From Magallana gigas (taxonomy: Eukaryota), in the NCBI RefSeq assembly GCF_963853765.1, contig NC_088862.1, positions 28,210,001 to 28,274,000 on the forward strand: a DNA stretch of 64,000 nt, given 5' to 3'. A program made the position numbers and the translations under genes. This document shows, piece by piece, positions 13,001 through 22,609 of this stretch. Position 1 is the first letter of the stretch, and each line of letters opens with the position of its first letter. The notes beneath the pieces are model-generated. The model was given only the letters and a program-made list of their open reading frames with translations, searched no databases and was not told where the DNA came from.

Positions 13001-13476
13001 TCTTTTTCAGCAGAACATCTGACTGATATGGGAGGTGTGTCATTCTGACAATCATCATCAAAAACAGTTTCGTAAAGAAATTCATCAGCTATTCCAAGGA
13101 CAGCGTCTTGTCTAATTCGTTTCTCGTCGCAAGTTGGGTTAAGTATTCGTATAGGTATTGATGTACTCTTGGCTGTATCCACTAAAGTACTTGCCATCAA
13201 TAACTCATATCTTGAACTGAAATTTTCATTCGGTTCTATAATAAACTCTGTAGGTTCAGAGATGACATCCTCTCTCTCAACAAAGGCCTGTATGATTTTT
13301 TCACTATAAGGCGGAATAGTATAGTCATCTGCAGCAGTAACTCTTCTACATTTATTATTGGACTCTATTTGAATGCAGGGTATATCTACCCCTTGTAATT
13401 TCAAAATTCCTTGACTAAGGATGATATCTGCAGCGACACCTTGTTTATTTTGTAAGACATCCACCCCAAGAGACAT
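10009..13476 (-). CDS. pol: Pol: protease C-terminus, reverse transcriptase, RNase H, integrase
   Basis: YLDD in RT; LDTDAS..GAVLSQ RNase H; HHCC zinc motif; D-D-E (ATDILGP, HSDQG, MVERFN); GPF C-terminal module. The ORF-track Met is not the real start. Confidence 0.96.
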   Translation of the reverse strand: MSLGVDVLQNKQGVAADIILSQGILKLQGVDIPCIQIESNNKCRRVTAADDYTIPPYSEKIIQAFVEREDVISEPTEFIIEPNENFSSRYELLMASTLVDTAKSTSIPIRILNPTCDEKRIRQDAVLGIADEFLYETVFDDDCQNDTPPISVRCSAEKESTKNIKIPEHLVQMYENSLKDNNFDQTSQKLLLDLLLEYQDAFSKNDLDLGLTHVSEHIIDTGDAKPIKLPPRRVPIAYAEAELQTINDMEKQGIIRKSNSPWASPLNLVLKKNGKIRPCVDYRRVNDVTINDAFPLPRIQDCLDAVSGATIFSTFDLTSGYHQVPVRESDIPKTAFITKYGLWEFLAMPMGMKGSAQTFQRTLQMILNGLQWQTCLIYLDDIIVFGSNFQEHLNRVKEVLERIRKAGLKLKPNKCQLFQKEVSFLGHVINKNGITPNPDNIAKIIDWPIPKTLTEVRQIIGMASYYRKFIKDFASIVRPLVNLTKKDITFNWTTYCQDAFQKIKELLTGPEIMSFPIMEGEFVLDTDASNYSIGAVLSQVQDGQGKVIAYASRALNKAEINYCVTDKELLAVRYFVEYFRQYLLGRKFKIRTDHQALVWLFKIKEPKGRIARWIEILSSYDFSIEYRQGNKHGNADALSRCPNPKDCQCSNFDSLEPLKCGPCKKCTKRMEETPERKRWPENKNTVEIRAVTRNQLKAEATTWNDIYIPVNMEQIQKDDPDLKILHEAKREQKKPDFHQIQTLSPATRHYLCIWDSIVLEDGILKKKNLSKDDSSESLQILLPRVLKDDVLHQMHDSVISGHLGYKKTTAKVRRKFYWFEMRQDIKIWVSKCQICQMNKPPVKPPKAPLGDMRVGAPLDRVATDILGPLPRTPRGNKYILVVMDYFTKWVEILAVPDQTAITCADKILNEFIARFGCPLSLHSDQGRNFESQIFKELCQLLEIKKTRTTPRNPKANGMVERFNRTLVSMIKSYIKGKQTNWNLNLGCLAMAYRCTPQESTNFSQNFIMLGRELKLPLEILFCPNEDDDNSSYGEYINNLRDNLYEAHIIVRRKLQTAAKVQKDRYDTKMSLNLYSPGDLVLMLHEQPQLEMESRKLLLKYHGPFLILQKLNDILYRVQIDEKGTQRIVHHDKIKPYQGNKLAWMKTALKKFQKFT

Positions 13477-13868
13477 TCGTCATCTATATTAGCTACAATA
13501 ATGTTCTGGCGTATAACAAGATCTCCAAAGGTCAGAGTAAATTCTGCTTCGCCAAAGGAATTCAAATTCATACCGCAAGCATTTATAACACCAGTAGTAT
13601 GTTCAAGTTCAGGTCTATTCTTCATTTGTTTGTAGATTTTGTTAGACATAATACTTCTTGAAGCTCCAGTATCGATTGTAAAAACAACAGAGACATCATC
13701 TATTTTGCCTTTGACATAAATTCCAGGGCATGTTTCAAAATTTCTTTTAACATCATAAGTATATGTATCTTTACAAATGTCATTTCTTTTCTTTTCAGGT
13801 AGGTCTTCTTTTGGAGCTTGTCCTTGGATCGTCTCTTGACCTACAGTTACGATCCCCTGAAGTTTAAA
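13464..13868 (-). CDS. Aspartic protease N-terminal part, in the -1 frame relative to gag
   Basis: Open frame from the slippery site: ...CPGIYVKGKIDDVSVVFTIDTGASRSIMS...NIDDECLLG; joins the pol frame across a 1-nt break at 13464-13467. Confidence 0.9.
13799..13868 (-). promoter_or_regulatory. -1 programmed ribosomal frameshift signal (T TTA AAC, 6-nt spacer, H-type pseudoknot)
   Basis: Heptamer 13868-13862 in the gag frame; stem 1 GGATCGT/ACGATCC (13855-13849/13832-13826); stem 2 GTAGGTC/GACCTAC (13844-13838/13805-13799). Confidence 0.85.
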
Positions 13869-15607
13869 TTTCCAGGTTGCTGAGATACCGTTCCAGGCTG
13901 AATGTTTGGCTGAGATCTGGACATGTGGGAAGGATTTCTGTAGTACTGTTGAATTTTGGTTGGGCAGTCACGCGCAAAATGTCCAACATTCTTACAGTTG
14001 TAACAAATAGTGTTCTGGCTTGGAGTTGACTTGGGCCTCTGTTGAAAACCAGTTGAGGAACATCTACTCATTTCAGCAATCATCTTCTCTAGATTTTGTA
14101 TTTGTTCTTTCATTTTTAACATGTCATCTTGGAATGTTGACAATGCTGAATCTTGTACATGATAGTCATCAGTAGTAATGGATTCTGTGTTATTCTGAGT
14201 TTTCTTTGACTGTAGTTCCTGACCGCCTGATTTTCTTTTCATTTCTGGTTTTGTCTGCTTATCTGTCACTGCTCTAACTGTTCGTTTTTCGGCTCTAGCA
14301 TTACTTCTTTTGTTGAGATCGCAGAAATTAACAACTTGAAATACAGCGTCATCGATATTGTCTGGTTCTTTAATATATTCAACTTGAAATTGGATTTTCT
14401 CATCATTCAGGCCATCGAAAAATTTTCTGAGTAGATCCTCTCTTCTGGTATTTTCATCTCGACTAGGGTATGCTTTTGCATACATCTTCTTCAGGTCTGC
14501 TGCATATACTTCAACAGGTTCGTTAGGTTTCTGTCTCCTATTACTAAACTTTGCTTCGAGTGACTTTTTGGTTTCCACTACTCTGTATCTGTTGTCCATC
14601 TCTTGAATAACCTTTTTATAGTCGGATCTAATTTCCTTTCGTAGTTGCTCGAAGACAAATTCTCCTGCTCCGCCTTGCATTCTGGGTAACAGTTCATCTA
14701 ATTTATCATTATCTGTCCAGTTCCCTCTCTCAGCTACTTCTTCAAATCTTCCTTTCCATACAATCCATTTTTCTTTGTCTTGGCCCGTAAAGGGGGGCAA
14801 TTTTTGAGTGAATTTTCTTTGACGTTTATTTTGCGTTACAATTGAAGTAGATATACTTTCTTCATCAGAAGAAGATGAGGTGCTGGTACAGCTAGAGTCA
14901 TCAGTTAGTGTGGAATCTGTCTCTGCGTGTCTTGCGTGTTTTCGATTTTTCCTTCGCTTTGCTCGTCTACTGCCCTTTTGTCTAAACTGGGTTTTTGGCT
15001 GGATGACATCAGTCTGACGTTTTGTAGGATTTTCTGATTTTAGAGACATGTTTGATTGAATTGAGCTCAATACTTTCTTCATATCTTCTAAGACTGTACT
15101 TAAGTTTTCATTTGCTAGATGTGGACCTGAATTTGGGAATAAGGGATGTGGTTTTGCTGACTGAATTCTGACATTTCCAGTTCTCCTCATGTCATCATTC
15201 TCTGAGCTATCAGTGGAATCATGGATTGGAAGTGAATATTGTTGTTGGGGATTATCTCCCCTACCCAATACGAACATCTGTCCGTTACACCTGTTAGGTG
15301 TTTCAACTTGCTCATTTATAGTAAATGATCTTGTATTTTCTGTGTTTTGAGTGTTCATTGGACATGAACTAGACATCAATTCAGATGTTAAATTTGTACA
15401 TGAAGTACGCATGGTGATTGGAACAGTTAAGTTACTATTCATGACACCTCTGGGTCCCAAAGGACTAATGTCAGATCCAGTTTTTAAACTGATTTCTGAG
15501 CCAATTTCCCCTACACTATGTCTATTGTTCTTCTGTGTATCTTTCACACCGTCTGATAAAACATCTGTTTCTACAACAACCAGACCCTTTCTCCCTTTCT
15601 TTCCCAT
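13847..15607 (-). CDS. gag: Gag (capsid-like domain plus CCHC zinc knuckle)
   Basis: ATG at 15607 (AAAATGG; the track's 15616 start is TTG); KLPPFTG..W..RFE capsid-like region; CYNCKNVGHFARDC knuckle. Confidence 0.92.
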   Translation of the reverse strand: MGKKGRKGLVVVETDVLSDGVKDTQKNNRHSVGEIGSEISLKTGSDISPLGPRGVMNSNLTVPITMRTSCTNLTSELMSSSCPMNTQNTENTRSFTINEQVETPNRCNGQMFVLGRGDNPQQQYSLPIHDSTDSSENDDMRRTGNVRIQSAKPHPLFPNSGPHLANENLSTVLEDMKKVLSSIQSNMSLKSENPTKRQTDVIQPKTQFRQKGSRRAKRRKNRKHARHAETDSTLTDDSSCTSTSSSSDEESISTSIVTQNKRQRKFTQKLPPFTGQDKEKWIVWKGRFEEVAERGNWTDNDKLDELLPRMQGGAGEFVFEQLRKEIRSDYKKVIQEMDNRYRVVETKKSLEAKFSNRRQKPNEPVEVYAADLKKMYAKAYPSRDENTRREDLLRKFFDGLNDEKIQFQVEYIKEPDNIDDAVFQVVNFCDLNKRSNARAEKRTVRAVTDKQTKPEMKRKSGGQELQSKKTQNNTESITTDDYHVQDSALSTFQDDMLKMKEQIQNLEKMIAEMSRCSSTGFQQRPKSTPSQNTICYNCKNVGHFARDCPTKIQQYYRNPSHMSRSQPNIQPGTVSQQPGNLNFRGS

Positions 15608-15758
15608 TTTATTCAAGAGTACTACTACCTATGAAAATGCACACATCAAAAATTATTGTCAATAAAAATAATCAATTGTCGATAAAAAATAACCAATCAC
15701 AAAAATAATCACCCAGCAAAAAGTTCGTATCACAGGATACCCCTAAAAAAATGAGGGT

Positions 15759-15776
15759 ATCCCGCCGTGGATGCCA
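15759..15776 (-). promoter_or_regulatory. Primer binding site TGGCATCCACGGCGGGAT
   Basis: 18 nt starting TGG, 4 nt inside the 5' LTR; its complement has tRNA 3'-end geometry (T stem, 7-nt acceptor strand, discriminator G, CCA). Isoacceptor not assigned. Confidence 0.8.
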
Positions 15777-15780
15777 AAAA

Positions 15781-17442
15781 TGTAACGTAGCAGTACCGGG
15801 TGTATTTATAATTGGATTAAATAACGACCAAATAACTCAACCATTCGCAGAATAAGATATAAGACCTTTGTAAAGTTAAACGAACAATTTTATTAACGAT
15901 TTCAACAAATGACAATTTATATTAAAGAATAAATATGCAGCTTACACTCATCGTACACACATGAATAAATAATGAATAATAATAATAAAAAATTAATAGA
16001 GTCGCTGAATACACTCAAAAAAATCCCATAAAACAGACTACGAATTTTGAATAAAAATCCCAACCCGAAAAATATATTATTTTAATTAATGACGCATATT
16101 AATAGGGGACAAGTCATAGTTATATATAACTTGAGACTTGTTAAACCTAACAACAAGTTGTGCTGTATGAAATTTACAGGCTTGACTTGTTTAAGAAAAA
16201 TGCAAAGGGACCGTAAATTTCAGGTATAATTTTAGTACGAATATTAATCTTAAAATTTCAATGAAAAAATTACGTTTAAAAAGCGTTAAAAAAATCCAAA
16301 TAATAAATGAGACCTTTCGTTGAATCTCTCAACTATCGGACTCAAAATGAGAGAAAGAGTACAAACTTGTAGCATAGCTACGCTGCTTGTATGAACTAAA
16401 AATTAAAATAAAATTGAAGAGAAAATTTAAATAAATATAAAATACAATTAGGCCTATCTAGAGAGAAAAGAACTATAAAGTCTATAGACTAAAGTTCTTT
16501 CAATATACCGTAAAGGACTATATTTTGTCCTATAAACGGTTAATTCCTATCAAAATAATAAATAAAATATTTTAAGACTTCAAATAAAAGATAGTGTAAA
16601 ATAAAATAAAATAAATAAATAAAAAAATCGGAAAAAACCCTACGTGACCTACCAGGCCAAAAAGTTGCAGGCGACTCTCGTGAAATCTCAGCGTCTCCGT
16701 TTATATATTAACCAATCACAGAAAACAACAGATAATACATGAAAATATCGAATATTAACAGATTGATCAGTAATATAATATTATTGGTTTACATGTAAAA
16801 TCCTACAATTTCATTGGTTAATTCACACGATCACGCATATTACTTATGACAATAATTATCAATTATTCTGAGACATACAAAAACAATGGAAAACACATGT
16901 TTTGAATAACAAACACATACATATAGATATACACTCATAAAATCGATGTAATTAACATTTTTCATTAATAAAGGTTGCGAGAAATAGTACATATTCATAA
17001 ATGCGCGCCGCGGAACTTTAACTAAATTTATCGACTATACCGTTTTCATCTTCAACCGGAAATGAACATGCGGGAAGGAAAACAATGTGCTCTTCACATA
17101 TACAGTGATATACACTCAAAAATAGTGCAATCAATTAATAAGACAACCATGAAAAGAAAATAGGTATGTTCACAAAATGAATTATCACAATGATGCTTGA
17201 TGACAGTACATGTATGTTATGATACACGTTTATGCATTCAACTCGAATTTTCTCTGCACATTCAACAAAGTATATATTCACTTGTATATTACTATACATG
17301 TGTACACTCTCATTTAATACAAATGCACAATACATATTTAACAATCTTCTCTATATTCTGCGAATAGTTTAGTCACAACAATACAAACATTCAACACAAA
17401 AATATAATGCAAAGAAAAGGGGGGGGGTACTCATATACTACA
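15781..17442 (-). repeat. 5' LTR (1662 bp)
   Basis: Differs from the 3' LTR, by eye, at 6448/16028 (t/a), 7293/16873 (g/a) and one G in the terminal G run; PBS follows it. Confidence 0.97.
16700..16716 (-). promoter_or_regulatory. Candidate LTR core promoter (TATATAAA with adjacent CCAAT)
   Basis: TATATAAA at 16707-16700, just upstream of a GC-richer patch in an otherwise very AT-rich LTR; further CCAAT/ATTGG boxes lie upstream. Confidence 0.5.
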
Positions 17443-19366
17443 GAGAGTAAAAATTTATTTATTTTTTTATTTACAAATGAGACTTTTGTTAAGGAATATA
17501 AGATTCAATCTACAATACAAATAATTTCATAACAAGATTGTAAAAATGAAAAACGTTAGCATTGATAAAAATAAATCTGATTTTCTTTATATCAATCAGA
17601 AAATTATTTTCAATGTATCTACATTGTGTTGGTTTATGTACATTACGTTTTATTGAAGAAGATGTTGTTAAAAAAAATATCAATATTTGTGATAAACAAT
17701 TTGTGTTTTAATATTCAACCCTAAAACAGAAAAGGATTTCACGGGTAAAGTAATCAGAGAAATTAAATTCTTTTTTTTAGGGTTTTAAGTTCGTTCATGG
17801 TTCAAATGATAATCGTTAGAGGCCTGTTTGAGACGCATTTTTATGTCTGTGACTCTTATGAAACATAAATCTTAATTTCAAAGATGCAAAATAACAGAAA
17901 AAATTGTGAAAATGATATGGAAAAAAAGAAAACAGCAAATATCGGACATGTAAATGTGCATATTGTAAGGGTCAACTCTGCAAACATTTCGATGGCGGAC
18001 ATTCAAATGGTTAAACAAGCATTCCTTTTAAAGGAATGATAGGCATGTAATATCGTTTGTCAGCTCTGTAACAATAATGTAACACGGAAGCATTTACGCT
18101 ACATGCAATAAACTATATATAGCACCGTTTTGTTGATTTCCGAAATAGCAAAGCATGAATAAGCTTCACCTTTAGTAGGCGAATTATACTTCCGATAAAT
18201 ATTCTTACGCAACGTGGTTTCAATCATTTTACAATGTATATGTAACTGTATAATTGTGCTTTTTTTTTAAGCAAACATATTAAATAACGTTTTTAGTAAT
18301 TAACGTGTTATTAAAGATATAGATGAGGTTGTCATTGCGTAGTGAAAAAATAAGTGCAAAATGCAATGCGTGCGCATTTTTATAAAATTTTCCGGATGCC
18401 TCATATGGACAGAACTGTGATCGGCCGAAGCCGAAAATGGTGTTTCAGGGGTGTTAAGTGCCTAATGAGAGCAGAGAAACTTCGCGGGGGGGGGGGGGGG
18501 ATCCGCACACATTGACTATTTGCAGGGACATGTCCAAGGCACAGTTTTAATAAATCTTTGAATCAATAATAGATAAATGTCTTACACATATGTTATAGCA
18601 TATGCATACAAATACTCATTGAGTACATAATAATTATTTATTTCGTTTTTGTTTTTTCTTGTTCTATTACATGAATATACAAGACGAAATACGAGCTTGA
18701 GCGGGGCCTCTGAAAAAAATCTTAAATACCAATTTTGTTCCATAGAGACGCAATGATTTGCTACCGCATTTTTAGTTAAATGCTGATGTATATTACGTTT
18801 TTTACAAGACCATTTTACATAAACACATTTTTATCATTTTTTTTAAAAAGGTACAAGACACATGATGTTCTATACACTGGGTATAGAAAATAATTGTATC
18901 TAACAAAAATTATTTACAAAAATATTACAATAGCTTTTGGTCCCTTTTACCCATTACTTTTTCCTATAGTCTTTAAACGATGTGTTAAAGTATTGTAATC
19001 TCAATTAAACGTAATTTTACATTTATTGTTTAATTACAGGTATTTCCAATGTAATGGAAGCAGACACAACAATGAATTTAACAAATCTCCTTCGTGAAAC
19101 AAAGGAAACAAAACATTGATTAACTCTATAATGTTTGCTATGATCGGACTAGCGGCAGTATCGTTCATCATATATATGATATACATTTACACTATAGCAT
19201 TAGAAAAAGGTATTGTATACGCAGCCCCTATTTAGCAAAAATGATATGAAAAGGCAAACCTCGTCCGCTTCAAAAGAATAAATTACATCTACAGAGTACG
19301 ATTTCCTCTTTTTCTTGCGGATTTTATAGTTAATTCATAGGTCTATACAAACAGCAAAACTGAACC

Positions 19367-19469
19367 CTACACGCTCTGTCTATCGATTGGTCGAAACCTA
19401 CAGCGACTGAAACTGACAGGATTAAAATCTACACGACCCGATTATCGATTAGTCGAAATCTACAGCGAC
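19367..19469. repeat. Diverged direct repeat (period about 62 bp) inside a probable non-autonomous element
   Basis: ctacacg..tatcgatt(g/a)gtcgaaa(c/t)ctacagcgac occurs twice. Confidence 0.6.
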
Positions 19470-21109
19470 CTAAGAAAAATCATGGACTGCACGAAATAAT
19501 TAAGATGATGTCAGACTCAAATTCTCATAGGAGACGATTTGGCTGTTTCCTTAGCTAACGTGCTGATGTACATTGACGACAATTCAGTGACTATTAATTT
19601 TACTTACTTTTTACAATCAATTTATTAAGTTACTATAATAAAATGTAAACATAAACAATAGAATGATTTCTTTGGTAATTCATGATGGGTATTAAGATAG
19701 CGACATTTCAGTAAAGTTACATAACACGCTAACGCATGAATCACCAAAGAAAGCATTTTATTGTTCAAATAAACTAACTTAATTGAGAGGTCAAAATTCT
19801 AATTTTTGTTTGACCATATTTCAAATACATCTTATCTTGTTTCAATATTGCTTTGATGAATTTCAGATTGAGATTCTTCTTCTAGAATTCATACAGGATA
19901 ATAAAGTGTTGTTAGGAGAATATTATAATTTTTTGCTTTGCCTCGTGAAATAGTACAAAGTAATAAAATATTGTTAAGAGAATATTATAATTGTTTCCTT
20001 CGCCTCGTGAAAAAGTTGCTGTATTGGGGGTTAAGTAACTAGAACACAAACTACACTGTATAATCAAAGGGGGACAATGTTTGAAAAAATAATACAAAGG
20101 ATATCATTTTCCACACTTTCCTCTTTAGTTAAGATAAAGGAAGTATTAATCCTTAATCTGGTAAATAAACTTCCTTTATTTCATTTACTGTGACAAACAT
20201 TTAAGCTAAACAAAAACTTATAAATACCTCTATTGCACTTAACAAATATGGTGTTTTTTTTGTTTTGGATCATTAGAATAACTTTATGTTTAATTTATCC
20301 AAAGAATGATTTCTTTTCCCTATTCAGAATAAGAGCTAAATTCTAGTTTTTTCTATGGTTCTGAAAAAAATGGAATATGAACATCATGTAAAATAAGTCT
20401 TTGCCTGAAAAACATAATTAGAAAAAATGTTTACATGTATAATTGCATTTGCAAAAAAAAATTTCATTTGACGGTTTTGATAAAGATTTCACAATATTAA
20501 TAGTTATTTAATTTTTAATTACATAGATGATATATTTGGCTATAAGCTATAAGCTATTATCTATTATGGAAAAATCCGAACATTTCAGCTTTAAATGTTT
20601 AACTATAAATTTCTTCAGGAGTTCTCATCTTAATGAGATAAATACAAAAAATGGCCACAACCATCGAGCCCCGGTAAGATGGGAGCAGATTTCAATCAAT
20701 GTTTTGCAAAAGTTCTAAAATAAAAACTTAAATAATACCTTGACTCATTTTATTTTACTTTTATACTACTCAAATGATTCACTATAGCTTTTTTATACAT
20801 GTGAGTGCTTTATTTAGTACGTTAAAGTTCAATGTTTTAAAATGTATTAAGTATCTTCCGGTTTATCTGTTACAGGAATGGCTCTAACGGAAAGGAAATA
20901 CTTGTTCATTGCATGTACTTGTCAGATAAAGCATCACTGCATTTATTTGCAATTGAATGTTTATGTCTGCATTAAAACCGTGTACGCATTGCAGGACAAG
21001 GAACAAGGATAACGAACGCGTTGATTGAGGAAACCCAGTCAAATTATATTTATTAATTTAGTGAGATCATTGCATATTTTTTTATTGCAATTTAGATAAA
21101 GTTCAAAAT

Positions 21110-22553
21110 ATGGTGACTTTGTTTATTACTCTTTTGATACTCCTCCATTTGTCGGTAAACGTTTCTATGCGAATCTGTAATGGGTAAGTGATATTGATTC
21201 TCTGTAAACGAATGTTTTAGAAACGTTTTAACGCAAACATTTATACATGATTATTATTCATATTTTTTCAGAATAAATGGAAGATATTGTTGTCATGGGT
21301 ATAAGTGGGATCATTCACATAATATGTGTATACGTATGTATACTTTTATTAAATACCTGCAATTATTGAAAGAAATTTGATATTAAGTTTGTATATTTTG
21401 ATAAATGTATTTTTAGGTAATAATTATCATTATAATGATTATTTTAAGATAATAACAAATTTATCACATTGTTTATATCATAAAATTTCTTAGCCTGTGA
21501 CAAGGGATTTCATGGATTAAATTGTGACATCATGTGTCAATATCCTACGTATGGACAGGACTGTCAGTCTAAGTGTAATTGTGATGTCGCAAACTGCAAT
21601 CATGTTAACGGCTGTATACAGCCTACAAGAAGTAAGATACATTTTCATTTATTTATGATAAGCATAAGTTATCGTTGAAGTCCATTTCATATGGACTTTG
21701 TTATTTCATAGAAAATATGGATAAATAATTTAAGTTAAAGGCGTACGATGCAGTTTCCTGTATTTAATCACGAGGGTTTTTTTTTTTACAGAATATATGG
21801 TTCAATCTACAATACACACAAACTACAAGACCGTTATATCCAGCAGTCATAGAGGTAATTAAAAATAAGTTCCTGCTTGAATCAATAATAATTTATTTTT
21901 AGATGTGTCTGCTGTGTCCGCTTGTGTAGATTGTTTTGTTCAAAAAATATATTTTTAAATAATTTGTTTACATTGGTTTAATCAGTAAGTGGGTTTAATT
22001 TATATTAAACCTTAAGATAGAAAGGTCTGTATTATGTAATCGTCATGATTACTTTTTTAATTTGTTTTTTATCATTTTCTTCTCTTTTTCTTTTTTTTTT
22101 AGGGGGGGGGGGGGGTAAATTTGTTTTGTTGCTGAAATAATTAAGTCAATATAAAGGACAATTTTGAGGGATTACATGTGTTGCTTATATTCGTGTATGA
22201 TTATAATGATTACCGTTAACTTATGTTTAAGAATAATAAAAAGATCGTGATTATAAAATTATGAAACAATAGCAATCTAAAAGTTACAGACGGGTGTATA
22301 TTAACAGGAAAAAATTATCTTGATATAACGTAATAACACATGTTGTTGTTTTATTACAGATGTTTCTAATGTTACGACAGACACTACAACGAATTTAACT
22401 AACCCTGTTTATAAAACAATGGAAACGGAATCTAAAAAGATCAACACCCTCATGTTTGGTATAATAGGAATGATAGCAGCTTCATTTATCATATACATGA
22501 TGTATCTTTACACACGAGTATTAGAGAATCGTCTTGTGAATTCAGTCTCATAG
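21110..22553 (+). CDS. Small EGF-domain type I membrane protein (MEGF10/SCARF-like mini receptor), intact copy C, 176 aa
   Basis: Exons 21110-21183, 21272-21333, 21494-21631, 21792-21854, 22360-22553; all GT-AG, phases consistent, total 531 nt. Signal peptide, CCHGYKW..C, EGF-like CDKGFHGLNCDIMCQYPTYGQDCQSKCNCDVANCNHVNGC, Thr-rich stalk, TM, short tail. Confidence 0.88.
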
Positions 22554-22609
22554 TTTAGATGAAATGATGAATAACAAATCTCATCCTATTCACAACCATA
22601 TAATCTCTT

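Larger units (their letters stand above)
6201..17442 (-). mobile_element. Full-length Ty3/Gypsy LTR retrotransposon with an extra third ORF
   Basis: Paired TGTA..TACA LTRs, 5-bp TSD GAGAG, PBS, PPT, gag with CCHC knuckle, pol order PR-RT-RH-IN, no chromodomain. Confidence 0.97.
5610..19235 (+). pseudogene. Small EGF-domain membrane protein, copy B, damaged and split by the LTR element
   Basis: Exons 5610-5680 (signal peptide MTLFITIFMLVQLSLNVSMQNCTG), 5767-5828 (CCYGYKW..C), 5957-6094 (EGF-like), all GT-AG with matching phases. Exon-4 homologue at about 17495 has stops. Terminal exon from 19040 hits TGA 19117-19119, one base out of frame with the TM segment that ends at TAG 19235. Confidence 0.75.

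Noticed and set aside
15587-15607. Gag Met-Gly N-myristoylation signal
   Set aside because: MGKKGRK lacks Ser/Thr at position 6; more likely just a basic patch.
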